Assembly: GCF_001194135.2 (NCBI RefSeq)
Contig: NC_068984.1
Span: 128,490,860 to 128,553,236, forward strand
DNA: 62,377 nucleotides
Direction: 5' to 3'
DNA from: Octopus bimaculoides
Taxonomy: Eukaryota
The notes beneath the pieces were generated by a model that saw only the letters and a list, made by a program, of their open reading frames with translations, made no database searches and had not been told where the DNA came from. Positions 35,201-50,700 of the stretch are shown piece after piece. The translations under genes were made by a program, and so were the position numbers. The first letter of the stretch is position 1. Every line of letters starts with the position of its first letter.

Positions 35201-38200
35201 GTGTAGGTTTGTTTATGTCCCTGCAACTTACTGGTTTGGCAAAAGAGACCAATAGAATAAGTACGAGAATTTGTTTGACAAAACCCTTCAAGAAAGTGAC
35301 CCAGCATGGCCACAGTCCAATCACTGAAGGTTCAATTACTGAAACAAGTACAAAATAAAAGATATATTAAAAAGAATTTTCCTAACATAATTTGATATTG
35401 TTTCTGGAATAAAATTATTACTATGATAGTTTACCATTGACTATATAATATCAACTCATTAATTAACCTTTCTATTTTTTTAATATCAACAATCATTATT
35501 TTAAAATTTTGAATGTTTTTATTTTCATTTTTTTTTAATTGTAATTCTCAGAATTCCTCGACTAAAGCAGAGAGTATCGTTTTATATCCCTGAATATGGT
35601 AACCAGTATGCATTACTTGATGCTGTTAAAATAGCCGACTCAGTACTTGCTGTTCTCTCTCCAACGGAAGAAATCGATGAATATGGCAGTCATTGTTTGT
35701 CCCTTTTGTTTGGTCAAGGATTGCCTTCAATTATCTTTATTGTTCAGGTCAGTTCAGCTATTTTGATACATTTTGTTTTTTACTCTAGGAGAATATATTT
35801 GTTGAACACTAAACTTGGCTTGTGAAGACCTGTTGGGGTGAGCAAAAGCGAAATCGTGTTGGCACCTGTTCCAGTAGAGCACTAAGAGCATCATCTGAGC
35901 GTGATCGTTGCCAGAGCACCAGCTGTCTGGCTACCGTGCTGGTGGCATGTAAATAACACCATTTGAGCGTGATCGTTACCAACGTCGCCTTCCTGGCACT
36001 TGTGCCAGTGGCACGTGAAAAGACATTCGAGCGAGATCATTGCCAGTACCACTGGACTGGCTCCTGTCCAGGTGGCACGTAAAATACACCATTTCGAGTG
36101 TGGCCGTTGCCAGTACCGCCTGACTGGCCTTTGTGCTGGCGGCACGTAAAAGCACCCACTACACTCTTGGAGTGGTTGGTGTTAGGAAGGGCATCCAGCT
36201 GTAGAAACTCTGCCAAATCAGATTGGAGCCTGGTGTAGCCACCTGGTCTACCAGTCCTCAGTCAAATCGTCCAACCCATGCTAGCATGGAAAGCGGACGT
36301 TAAACGATGATGATGATAATTGTTGTTGTTAGCTTAAAAAATTACATCATAGTATGATTATAGTAATGGTGACAATGGTGATGAAGAAGCGATCGTTTTA
36401 TTATATTTCATGTCCTGGTACCAACCTGGGTATTTTTACATCCATGTGTGTGCTGTGAACCCAGTGTAAATGACAGATGAGGGTTCTACAACTTCTTGCT
36501 GAACAACCTACACAGGTTATTTGTTTATAGTGATCAGATTTTTGTGCTGTTCCATAGCTCACCACCTCCATCAAATTGACATCTGTACAGGTGCATGATG
36601 TGCCATATATCAGACGCTAAAGTGATTGCAGGGTAACTTGGAATAAAGTGCTTTACTCAACAACACAATGCACTGCCCTGTCCAGGAATTGAAACTAAGA
36701 TTGCCTCCATACAAACACACACACACACACACACATAACCAGAAATACACCATAATGATCAGAGATCAAAACAATGTATACTAGAACTGTGACATAATGT
36801 AAAGTTATTACCTTAATCTACTGAATGATATTTAAGGACTATATATATGATTCATGGTGAAAATTAAATTTCTGTGGTATTTTGCTTTCAATTTGGAAAC
36901 AGAATCTATTCTATGTAATTCTTAGTATTTTTGTTTTTATCACATTAGGACTTCCGCAGTATTCCTCAGAAGAAGCAAAGTGATACAAGAAAATTTATAC
37001 AAAAATGCATTGATAAATGGTAAGAATTTTGTTTAACTTATCTGAATATTATATTACTCAAATGTAGTTTTTACCAAAATGAATTTCAGTTATGAAAAGG
37101 TATGTATAAATATTTTGCTGGTAATTATTGAAACTTAGAGTAAGGTGGTCATAATTTAGCAGTGACGAGCCAGTTTTGTGTAAAATACTGAAGTTTGGAT
37201 GGAGACAAGTGGTTATTAATCAAGAATTTGTCTTCCAGGCTTCCTGATGCTAAGTTCCATTCCTTAGATAACAACCAGGATGGCTTAGTTGTTCTGCGAC
37301 AAATAGCCAACCACAAACTACGGTCTATAAAATACAGAGAAAACCGTCCGCATCTCTTAGCTGAAAGTGTTGTGTATGAATTAAACTCTGAATTGGTGAG
37401 TATCCTTATATACATATTACTATATACACTATTATTGTTATAAATATATATTATATTATATGTGTGTGTGTGTGTATAATATACCAGTGTCACACAAATT
37501 GGCACCTGTACTGGTGGCATGTAAACACACCCTGGTGTTAAGCAAATGGCACCCATTACACTCTCGGAGTGGTTGGCGTCAGGAAGGGCATCCAGCCATA
37601 GAAAACCATGCCAAATCAGACTGGGGTCTGGTGCAGCCTTCCAGCGTGCCCAGCCCAGTCAAACTGTCCAACCCATGCCAACATGGACAACAGACATTAA
37701 ATGATGATGATGATAATATAGAATAGTAAGAATTTTATAAACTTTCAAGAGAATGTGAAATATTTGTTTTTTTTTGGAACAATGCTTCTTGAAGTACATC
37801 ACATATTCTTTATAGCTGTATGGGAAGTGTTAAGAAATGTATATACACATACACACACTCTCATCATTATTATATGCATCTGTGCCCATATGTAGAAATA
37901 TTTGATTTAATGTGTGTGATTTGAGGGAAATTTAGCTGTTATTTTCATTGAGTTTAATAGATGTGCAGAGATTACATCTTTGGCTTGCTGTTTGCTTACA
38001 AATGTTCTAATTTTTATATGAGGGGGATTTTGACTCTTGTAGTGGCTAAAATGTAAGTCTTGTAACAGATAGTATATTTTTATTGTGTGGCTGTTGTTAC
38101 TCTGAGACTTACAGTAAAGTTGGTGAAACTCTTGTCATGGTGAAGTTGTTTTAAACGAAGAGACTATTCTTGTAATAAAGAAGGCAGCAAGCTGGCAGAA

Positions 38201-41200
38201 TCATTAGCACATTGAACAAAATGCTTAGCAGCATTTCTTCTGTCTTTACATTCTTAGTTCAAATTCTGCTGAGGTTGACTTTATTTTCCATCCCTTTTGG
38301 GGACAATAAATACCAGATGAATATTGGAGTCAAGGAAATCGACTTACCCCTCCCCCGAAATTGCTGGCCTTGTGCCAAAATTTGCAACCAATATTCTTGT
38401 AGATTAGTAAAGTATGTTTTGATTCTATTGCATTACTGTAACTATATTTTAATTATGTCTTTATCTTTAGGAAGATGCTGGGACATTGAAACTGTCTGGA
38501 TTTTTAAGAGGCCGCTCTCTTAATGTGAACCATTTAGTGCATCTCCCTGGCTGGGGCGACTTCCAAATGCTGCAGATTGATTCTCCAAATGATCCCTATC
38601 CTCTCTATCCTAAAGTTACGAGGACCAACAAACAGGTTTGCATAGTTTTCTTGTTCATTGGTTATTATCACACTGACATCTTTGACATATAGTCATATAT
38701 CACTAAGATTCACTTTTGCATTATAGTTATGTTGCTTTGTGTGAAGTCTTTAGTTTGTTCTTTGTTATTACATATGTGCAATAAGATCACCATGGAAACA
38801 ACTGTTTATATCCAAACATTGAAAAAGATGTTTATCCTTCTGTGTATGTATGTTGTCATTTTCTGAAGCTTGCAGACCTATAAACTTTTGTTAAGTTTAT
38901 ATTTCTTAAATTCCTATTTCTAACTGATTGTGATAATAAGAAGCTTATTGTATACAGTGCTTAGGTGCATTATAACTCATAGGAAAGTGGCAAAAGAGCA
39001 GACAGAAGGCAGCAGTAAGTGAAGACAATAAAACATACATGCATATTACATAGAATAAAGCACAGAAAGTTAGGGAAATGAACAGTAAAAGAGTCATAGA
39101 GAGTAAAAGCCCACCTTAGGTATGACAGGAGTAGTGTTGTTAAATTTCAGAAAGAATGGAAATCTTGAAGGATAAGTGTCCTGATGGCTAACAATCAAGA
39201 GCTGAATTATACAGAAATAACACTAAACATACACAGCATGATAAACTGTTTTAGCATTTGGATATTTACATATTCAAGTTATTAAACATATGTCTAGTTT
39301 TTGATAGCATTCTACTTGTGTTACTCTCTCCTCTACATGCTCTCTGAACTACCATAAAACACTGATCAAATAATTGTCTAAAAATTATATGTATTTTGGT
39401 ATTGGAGAGATTTCTGGTGTTGAAACTTGATGTTTTGACTGGAAAAACAGGAGCAGGGTATAAATTTTAAGCAAGTCTCTAGTTTACATTAAAATTGTGT
39501 TGGTGGTTCTGTTTATTTGTTGGTTATATTTATTATTAGCATTTCTCATTTTTAGGGATTAGAACCAATGGAGAGTAATATAGAAGCTGATGCTCGAATT
39601 TTGGACAAAGCGGAGGACAGCAAACAGACAAGTCTTGAAAGTGAAGTGGTTCCTGATCCAATGGAAGGAGAACAGACTTGGCCAACAGAGGAAGAGATGG
39701 CATTGGCAGAAGGTAAAATTCTTATGACTAGTCTTATATGTATCTTTGTATACATACTTAATTTGCTCAGTTGTTTTCTTCAAAGTTTTGCCCTGTATTT
39801 TTTCTAAATTTAACACCATACATTATATACAAACACTGAGGATAACTATTAATATATATACATACATACCAATGAAAAGAACAAGAATACAAACAAAATT
39901 CTTTAACACATCTTCAATGACTTGTTACAATTGTTTCTGTACCAACTCTATTTGCAATGTCAGTTTATGCAAAAATTCTAAACTGGCATTGCAAATAGAG
40001 TTGGTACAGAAACAATTGTAATGCATTGTTCAAAATGTGTTAAAGAATTTTTTGTATTCTTCTTTTCATTGGATTATTTACTCTTTGCCAAACCCATTTT
40101 ATGGTATTGTTGTGAAACTTGGATTTTCTACATCTAAAGAATTCTGGCTTTGGCCTGAAACCCAACAGTGTTGATAACCCAGTATTCGGGTCATGTACTT
40201 CTCTGGAAATACCCTAACTTCACACCCTACCTAACCCTCATCATCATCATCATCATCGTCGTCGTTTAATGTCTGCTTTCCATGCTGACATGGGTTGGAT
40301 GATTTGACTGAGGGCTGGCAACACAGAAGGCTACATGTATATATACGTATACACATACATGTGTCTGTGTGTACTCTTTGTTTTAACATCACATGATGGT
40401 TGTAAATGAGCATCATTGTCATACAAGTGATGTTTGTTTCCAGTCTTCTGTGGAAAACGTCTGATGATGGGTAAATATCACCTTGTTTGGAAATAAGTGA
40501 GGGAAGTGGATTAAAGATGATAAGAAGGCAGGTCTTGACTATTTTACCACGAACTAGTATAGCTCTTTGGTGACAGCCACTTCTCTAGTGTTTGGGAATA
40601 TGTGGTATATTCTTAAACAACTGTCCACTATGCTGGCATTCCACCTTCTCATCATATTTTTGTTAGTGTCCAGCCATTATTCTCTCAAATGGATTTTGGT
40701 AGAATTGATAAGAGTAGCAAGCTACACCTCTTTGTGTCCCAGCAGAATTAATTTTGCCTTCTACCCTCTGTGGGGGTTGATGAAGTAGATGTAAATTAAG
40801 AACAGGGTTCAATGAAATCAATTTGCTTCCTCTTACCCCTAAAGTTTGATGCTGTGTTCCTATTTGAGAAATTATTATTGTTACCTTGCCTTTTTGAGTC
40901 CAAACTGCATATGAGATTATTTTAGCTTTTTATCTCTCTCATCATGATGAAATTAATTCTACTAATCTACTGGGATCAATGTGCATGACTTCTCTTGTCA
41001 GAACAAATTATTCAGATTACCCTTTTTATTCTTTTCTTTTTGTAGCTGAAAGCAAGAAAATCAAGAGGGTTCCGAAAGGCACATCTGCATATCAGTCCGC
41101 TTGGATCCTAGAAAGTGATGATGAACTGAACAAAGAAGATAAAAGTGAAGATGAGGGTGATGATGATGAGGATGATGACTATGATGATGAAGATGAATAC

Positions 41201-41744
41201 ATGGAAGCCGTAATTATGTCTTTTTTTCTATGTTGTAAAGTAGGTTCCTCCTACTGGTGTGATGTGTGACTGCCGTTGTACTGTAGTTGCTGTTTATGCT
41301 AGTAGCCACAATAGTTACTTGTCATCGGATACTGTTATATCTCTTTGTACCAGAATAGTAATACATTAACTTCTTCTGTCTTACTATCGCTGATAGCTCC
41401 ACAAGACACTGACTAGAACTGTTGACTCAACTCTTCAACTCTTGACCCTCTCTTGATGACCAGCTACTGGTCTATTTATAATGGATATCTCCTACCACTT
41501 TTTACCAGAGAGGTTATATAGTTTTACTATACAACAGTTTGTCTAGGAATTGGATTGTCAGCTGCCAGTTTTAAGACTATGTGGTTAAAAAGCTTGCTTT
41601 CCAACTGTGTGATATCTTATTGAGTCCTGCTTGGCGCTTAAAGCAAGTGTCTTCTACTAGAGCCTTGGGCCAACAAAAAGACTTGTGAGTGGATGTAATC
41701 GATGGAAACTGAAAGAAGCCCATTATATATACAGGGTGTGATGG

Positions 41745-41792
<48 letters not shown>

Positions 41793-44700
41793 TTTCACTG
41801 TCATACAAGCAATATTGTTTATTTCCAGTCTTCCATGGGAGAAAGAAATGTTTCTTTACTTCGAAACAGGTGAGTGTTGGTGACAGAAAGAGCATTTGAC
41901 TTTAGAAAATCTGCCTCAACAAATTCCATCTGACTTGTGAAAGCATGGGAATGTGGATATTAAACTGATGATAATGAGTGTAGGGTGTGCTGTAAGGGGT
42001 TTGGTCATTATTTCTAACAAGTTGAGTGACCACATAGTAGTTCCCTTGTTGGTTTTTATTTTTAGTATAATATCAAGTATCAGCTGTCTTTAATTTTTTT
42101 TATTGATGTCAATCGTGTTGTTTTGTAGATGGAAGATCTGGAGAGCAGTTCAGAAGACGAGTTTGTCTCAGATGAAGGAGAGGAAACCTATGAAGAGGTA
42201 AGGACTTTGTATTATTGTATATGGTTGTGTGGTTTGCTTCCTGACCACATATTTCTGGGTTCAGTCCCACTGTGAGGTACCTTGGGCAAGTGGGTTCTAC
42301 TCTATCCTTGAGCCAACCAAAGCCTTGTGAGTGGATTGGTAGACAGAAACTGAAAGAAGTGTGTTGCATATATCTATGTTTATGTGTGTGTATTTGTGTC
42401 TCCTTGGTTTGACATCACATAATAGTTATTTAAGAATGAGTGTCAGGGCATTGCATTTGTGGATGATATTTTTCAGTTGTACTCATTGTCTTCATGTCTT
42501 GATCTATTTCATTAAGACTGAGCATAGAGAAGATAAATTATCATCATCCTTTAACAGCCGTTTCCCATGCTGGCATGAATTGGACTAGATGTGTTGTATT
42601 TATGAGACAGGTAGTTAAAATGATAATATAAATTGTTTTTATCACCTTTTAGTATTTGTTCTGTTTTATTATTGATGGAACGTAGGGTGGTGAGCTGACT
42701 GAATCATTAGCGTGTCAGACAAAATGCTTAGCAGTATTTCTTCTGGTTTCTTATGTCCGGAGTTCAAATTCTGCTGAGGTTGACTTTGCCTTTCATTCTT
42801 TCAGGGGTAAATAAAATACAGTACCAGTTGAGCACTGGAATCAGTGTAATTGACTTTACATCTTCCCAGTAAGATTGCTGGCCATGTTCCCAAATTTTTA
42901 AACCTAATTGAAAGAATGTCCATGATGCCATTTTTAACTTCAAAATTTATCCCATTAGCTAAAGTCTTTATATTTTCTATTTCTTGACAGATTGAAGTGA
43001 AAGATGAAGATGGTAAATATGATGAAACAATTGATGTAGAAGAAGAAAAAAGAATGTAAGTTTTTTATGTTGCTGTTACATTTTGTAATTCTTCATTGTT
43101 AAGCATTGGGCAGTCTGTCTTTGATACTGTTGTTAAAGAAATGATGTGTAATGTTTTGATGGAGTTAAATACTGTGATTGAAACAACAGTTATAAATGAC
43201 AGACAGGGTCAGTTGTCATACTAAATCATCATCATCGTCGTTTAACGTCCTCTTTCCATGCTAGCATGGGTTGGACGATTTGACTGAGGACTGGCGAACC
43301 AGATGGCTACACCAGGCTCCAGTCTGATTTGGCAGAGTTTCTACAGCTGGATGCCCTTCCTAACGCTAACCACTCCGAGAGTGTAGTGGGTGCTTTTACG
43401 TGCCCACCGGCACGAAGGCCAGTCAGGAGGTACTGGCAACGGCCACGCTTGAAATGGTGTATTTTACGTACCATCTGCACGGGAGCCAGTCCAGTGGTAC
43501 TAATACTCATCCCTCCATCAATCCTTTAACTATGACACTAATTCAGGTGCTGTAAATTATACTTTTTGTCCTGCTACCTTGTTACATTGTATCCCAATAC
43601 TGTCCATTTATCAACTCCTCCTCCCTAACTTACTTCACTCACCTGCACCCTCCTCTACCATTCTGATATTCACTGCGTCCATCTCACTCCCCATCTCTAA
43701 TCATCCGTCACACTCTAGTGCATTTACCTACCCACCTGAGCACTCTTTCTGTTCTTCTCTCCTTATTCTCTTTCTCATATTTGGTTTTCTTTCACCAGAT
43801 TGCTGAAGATCAGAGAAGAGAGAGAGAATGAAATATTTCCTGATGAAGTTGACACTCCATTTGATACGTGTGCAAGAACTCGGTTTGCACGGTAAGTAAA
43901 ACTCTTTCTGTTGTATTTCTATGAAGCCTTTCACCCCTACTGGATGCCCTTCCTATCACCAATCCTTTTAGTTTCCTCTTATGACATACAGGAACACAGT
44001 GTGCCTATTGTAAAACCAAGATGCATTTCTCTCAAGGTTATTCTGCTATTAACCATATACATACATGGTCAGTTTATATCATAACTTTTCTTTTTGGCTC
44101 ACTTACATGTCTCAGTTAATGTAGCTGAGATATCAGGCATTGAAATGATATTTCTGATAGATTGGTGGGGTTTTATGTAGAGACAATTATCTATCATTTG
44201 CTTAAGGATGTGAAACTAAGTTATTTGCTTTAAAATAAAAAAAAGAGTGCATTGTATTCACATTAGTTATGCATACATCCTAGTTTCAAGAATTGACATT
44301 ACAAATGTTAACACTTGTTATTTCTTACGTTTTGTCTTGGAAGACTCATGTTTTTGACATCAGCAAAACATTGTCAGTTAAGCCTGAAATTCTTTTTAAA
44401 ACCAGAAGTATTTAAAGTATTTCCTGTTGTTCTTACTACAGCTCCTGTGTACATCATCAACACACTGCCACTTCTATACCACCACCACAACCTTTACAAC
44501 ATATCACTAACTCCTTACTGACCATGCCACCGTCTACCAAATTTTCCTCAGTAGGTTATGGGCATGACCCTTCTCAGAATCTGTTGAAATGAAATATATT
44601 AATTCCTTACTTTTATTACATTTTTTTCTCTAAATAGTTATCGTGGCTTAAATAGTTTCCGAACATCTCCATGGGACCCTAAGGAAAACCTTCCCCTTGA

Positions 44701-47700
44701 TTATGCCAGAATTTTCCAGTTTGGTAATTTCCGGCGAACAAAGAAGAGAGTCTTGAATGAGGAAATTGATGGCGCCATGGTGAGATAATGATTACACACT
44801 TCAGGTTTTTATATTACTATAAGAAAATATAATAGTACCCCTCTATGTAGGTCTGTGTGCATATCTTTATGTCTGTCTGTACATCTGTTAATATATTATC
44901 TGTATGTGTGACTGTATCATTGTACATGTGAATGGAACGACCTTGTACGTTAGTCGGTTTTTATCTGTTGTATTTCTTACTTAAATGTTTCTCTAATGGC
45001 TTCCCATTTATTTATTGTATTTCTTGTTGATGCATTGAAATAAACCTGACTCAGTGAAACCTAAAACAATTTTCTCAACTTTCCAGCCTGGTTGGTTCAT
45101 AACAGTCCATATAAAAGATGTTCCCAGAGCTTTCATGGGTAAGTTGGTTTGAGGCAGATCATTGATACTTGGCTTGAGATCACTCTGAATTTTATGATAC
45201 AAACTACCAGTTTTAAAACAATTTAAATTAAAACCTATTAAAGTTTCATTTTAATCTATTTTCCAAAAATAGTTAGTCCACATTACTCAGTAAGGAGCAT
45301 ATAAGACTGGTTTCTTGGTTTATCTGGCATATATCCGCCCTGGATGGAATGCTGGTCTATTGCAGGATTACTCAGTTTTAGCTCTGAGTGAACTGGAACA
45401 ACATGTTTTGCTCAAGAACACAACACGTTGCTTGATCCAGTAATTCTTTTCGTTTTTACGGCTTGGTATCTTTATATAAAGCAGTTTAAGTGTGGACTAA
45501 GTGCATTTTATGCCATTGGCACTAGAGTGGTTGTCCTCAGCATGACTAAAGAGCTTCATTGTAGTTTCCATTCTTTCCTCTTTCTTACCTGTTTCTTAAT
45601 TTGAAGATCTTTGTTTTTGTGTTTGAAATTTTCTGTTTTTGATCTTTTTAAGAGTCTCACAGACCAGGGCAACCAGTGATCCTGTTTGGTTTGTTACCTC
45701 ACGAACAGAAAATGACCGTTATGAATTTCATTGTCCAGCGCAAGATTACTTGTGAAGAACCAGTCAAGTCAAAAGAACGACTCATCTTTCAGGCTGGTTT
45801 CCGTCGTTTTGTTGCCGCTCCAGTTTTCTCCCAGCACACAACAGGAAACAAATTTAAGGTAAATTAAGAAATAACATTTATTGTTTTAAGTTGTTATTGT
45901 GTTGCCTCAGGTCAACCCTGATTGACCAGTCCTATGTCACACAAACAGATGATTGATAAAGTGCACTCCATAGTTCCATATTACCAGTTGTACCAAGTCT
46001 CCAATTATCTGGAGATCACATGATATCCACTGATTTGCTGTTTGGATTGGCATGCAATGTAGCAGTTGCATTCTTTCTACTGTTCAGTCTATTGCTTTAT
46101 ACTTGCAAATTATGTTGGTGGTAACTGTGGAGGTGAACAAAGTGAACTCAGAGCTGTGATAATTAATTTGGTACAGATAGACGGTCACTCTTATAATGTT
46201 TGTATTTGAGAAAGGTTTGGTGGGGGGAAAAAAAAGAAATATAAAGAGATGTGTAGTGGTTATATGTAGTAAGTACCCGGTGTTGATGTGGCTGCGTGTA
46301 TATTACAAGAGTTCATATAGAGATGAATAAATTCAAGAACTATATATTTACTACATAGATATTTTATTTACTGGTCGATGATGATACATAATCAAAATGT
46401 AGAATCTAGTTGAATGAAGTAATCTATGCAAGAAAGTTCAGATAGAAAATGTAGAAATAACAGCTAAGTGGTGGTTTTCAGTCATGTGGCATAGAGAAAT
46501 AGACGGACATAGCAATGAGGTGAATGGCTCTAAGACTAATTGACTAAGAAGTGAAGAGCAGGGTTAGCAAGCTGTTTTTATTAATGGAACGCTAGACATT
46601 CTAGAAACTTCCAAGAGAAACTCTAAGCTTCTTGAATAATTAAGTATCACATCTCATGGCAGATACTTAGTAAAGGGAGGTTACTCTATAATCCTTCATG
46701 CAAGGGAGATAATTCAACTATTTCGCTACCGTTACAAATGTGTTTGTGGAAAGTTATTCAACCTATTTTGCTGATAAGTATTGATTAACAACAATTGCAT
46801 CTGAATTAGAATGATGTTGACAAAGCAGGAGTTATCTCATCATTTTCTGTGATATTGTATTTGAATAGTCACAAGAATTCTCACCGTTTTCTGTTAGCAA
46901 GATTCAGTCCCATAAAATAAGAAAAATAAAGCAATGGAAATTTAATCTATGGGGAGGTCACAGCTTGAAGCCCAAGATATTTTCTTATTAATCTCTTCAT
47001 TCCTAGTAAATTCTGGTGTTGACTTTTTTTTACAGTTTGAAAGATTTTTATCCCACAAAACTGCAACTGTTGCCACAATGTTTGCTCCTGTAACATTTCC
47101 ACCTGCTACAGTTTTAGTTTTTAAACAGTCTTCATCGGGTGAGTAGAACTAATTAAATTTTTTCTATCATTTAACACAGTGGTTCTCAACCATTTTTTCA
47201 TGTGGGGCCCCTTTGATTCTTGTTCTATTTTGTTGGGCCCCCATAGTTATTCGATGTTTAAAAATCCTATTATTATTTTTTTAATTAAATATTATTAGTA
47301 ATTGTATAAAAAATTGTTTAAATATTTTATGTATTATAGGCGCAGGAGTGGCTGTGTGGTAAGTAGCTGGCTTACCAACCACATGGTTCCGGGTTCAGTC
47401 CCACTGCGTGGCACCTTCGGCAAGTGTCTTCTACTATAGCCTTGGGCCGACCAAAGCCTTGTGAATGGATTTGGTAGACGGAAACTGAAAGAAGTCCGTC
47501 GTATATATATATATATATGTGTGTGTGTTTGTGTGTCTGTGTTTGTCCCCCCACCATCGCTTGACAACCGACGTTGGTGTGTTTACGTCCCCGTAACTTA
47601 GTGGTTCGGTAAAAAGAGACCCATAGAATAAGTACTAGGCTTACAAAGAATAAGTCCTGGGGTCAATTTGCTCGACTAAAGGCGGTGCTCCAGCATGGCT

Positions 47701-50700
47701 GCAGTCAAATGACTGAAACAAGTAAAAAAAAAAAAGAGTAAAAGAGTATAGAAATATAACCAATTTATTGCACATAAATTTTAACAGCAAAATCTTTTAT
47801 GGACCCCAGTTGAGAACTACTAATTTAGCAGCACCCTGCTTCTTAGCAGTACTTTACTAAATATGCTCTTAATTGGATCATATTTCCTCCTCTGAACAAA
47901 AGTGTGTTGTTTACTGTACTGTGTACTCCAGAACATCACCTACATTTAGTTTATTGGGAACACTAGAATTATAAAGCACATATACCATACTAAGTACCTC
48001 AGAATATTACATTGCCAATATTTACTGTACCATGTATCTCAGGAAATTACCAAAATCTACTATGTTGTGCATTTTTATACGTGCAGGCATGGCTGTATGG
48101 TTAAGAAGCTTGTTCCCCATCCACATCCATGCAGTCCTAGGTTCAGTCCCACTGTGTGGAATTTTGGGCAAGTGTCTTCTACTATGGCCCTGGGCCAACC
48201 AAAACCTTGAGTAGATTTGATATTGTGTATTCAAGTATTGGGCTGAGTAATTAATAGGATACCACCATGATGGGACAGTGGAAGATGTTCTTCCCGCCAA
48301 ATTTACTGTATTGTTGAGCTCCCTACAGTTATTATATGTATATCTGTTCAAATTGCTTTTTAAATACTATAAAACAAAACATCCTTTCCTAAAGCTGAAA
48401 AATAATGGTGGTTTGGTTCAGTTGGGTTTTGATGGTTTGCTTCTATTGTTGGTGCTTTTGTAAGAGATCAGTGTTTGAGGGTGTCTACAATTGGGAAATA
48501 ATACTTCAGATTGATGTGAGAGGAAAATTATGGAGCAGAAGATATATTGCTGATGGCCAATAGAGACTCAATGGTTAGTTGATTAAGACAATAATAGATT
48601 ATGGTTTGGTGTGATTAAATAGTTAAGGTTAATATAATAGGTAGAAACATCAAACCTTTTAGTTTAGAATGAACAAAATGTGTTGAATCAGTCATTTATA
48701 ATTTATTAAAATAAGAGAGACAGAAATTAATAAAGCTAAGCAGTTACTTCTGTCATCATACCTGTTGTTGATATGTAATCTCAGCTGTACCAACATGATG
48801 ACAATCAGTGTAATGTTTGTGACTGTTACAGCTAGTACACAAGCTATATCTGGCTTCATGATATTTACTGGGGACTTCACATTTTAAATTTTTTTAGAGA
48901 TTGATTGAATAAGTACCAAACTTGAAAAAGTAAGCACTGGGGTTGATTCGTTCAACTAACATTCTTCGCAGTGGTGCCTCAGCATGGCCACAGTCTAATG
49001 ATTGAAACAAATAAAAGATAAAGTCAGAGGCCACAATGTCAATTAGTTTTTGTAATATCTTGGTGAGATATAGATGTTAATACATAGTATATCCAGTTTC
49101 GTCTATTTTTCTGTCTAGTTAGCAGTGAAGCTGTTCTTTCTATCTGAAGTTGTGTAATCTTATGAGGAGACTGTCTTGATAGCTTTAGTCATCTCTTAAA
49201 ATTTTTTTTAGCTAGGACTATCAGATTTTCATTTGGTGAATTTCTGTGGTGTCTGCAGAGTGTTCTTGCTTGATAACTCCTTTGATTTTTGAAAATTTCA
49301 GGAGAAACTTTGTTTCATTGTTATTCCTACCATCCAGAACATTCTGTAGACGAATCAATCAAAAGTAGAATATCAAAGTAAAGCAAAATCCTTCTTATTT
49401 TCTAGGTGATCATGATTTGATAGCTACAGGGACAGTAATGTCAGCCGATCCTAACCGAATTGTTACCAAACGTATTGTACTTAGTGGGCATCCATTCAAG
49501 ATAAACAAAAAGGCAGCTGTGGTCCGCTACATGTTCTTTAACAGAGGTAAGGTTTCAAGTTGTTTTTAATTTGTCATCGTCATCAAACGTCCATTTTCCA
49601 TGCTGGCACGGGGTTAGGCAGTTTGACAGAAGCTGATCAACTGAAGGGCTGTTCAGGCTCTGTCTGTTTTGGCATGTATTTTTGAAGAGTTTTAAACTTT
49701 ACTATCTCAAAAGTGTGTGTCAGCATGTAACATTGTCTAAGTACGTTCTGTGTGTGTGTGTGTGTGTTATGTATTTTATGGGAATATATGTAGTGTTTGT
49801 GTGTGGCAGTGTAAGTGTGTGAGTGTGTGTTGTATTGGTGTTGATTGTGTTAGTGTTCTGTGTGTGATGTATTGTACGAGAATGTGTGTGGCGTTTTCTG
49901 AGTATTTGTATGTGAGTGTGGATAGTGTTTGTGTGTTCTGTGCATGTTTTAACTGTTTTACACCAATTTTTCTAACCTAAAATTAATGGGATGGATTTTG
50001 CAGCAGATTTCTGTTATTTGGATACGAATTATTGGAAAAAAGTATTTTTAAAGCTGGCTATTTACCTTTCGTACTTCTGACCATAGCACCATATTCTCTC
50101 CTAAGGCTTTGGTCAGTCCAGGACTAAAGTAGAAGAATTGTCCAACATGCCATGCAATGGGACTGAACCCAAAACCACGTGGTTGTGAAACCAACTTCAA
50201 CCTCACAAACAGGCTTACATTTCAAACTCATACAGAGTAATTTCCCTTATCATAAAACTTGTGGAACTTGGGCAACATTTACCCTCAGAAGTGTTCTAAG
50301 ATGATTTCTTGATATTTTTTTTCCCCTTCCATCTCTTGTCGGATTCAGTTTCTTTTGCGTATGCCTTTGTATATGCGTGCAATTATATATATATATATAT
50401 ATATATATATGCTTCTGTGTGTGGATGTGTGATTAAGTAGGTTGCTTGATCAAGTTTCTGCTCACATAGCTTTGCGTAGATCAAAACCTTTATAAGTGGA
50501 AACTACATGGAAGTCTATTGGTGTGTTCTTGGTTATGGTTGGGAGATCTAATTCATTGTCTAGTTTAACACCATCATATGACACTTGGGTTCCTTCACAG
50601 GAGTTTACATTGTTGTAAGCATTTGAACAAAGTTTCCAATTTGAGGTTAACTTCTTTCTTATAAGTTTTAGAAACCCTGAAGAGGGTCACAGATGCTGGC

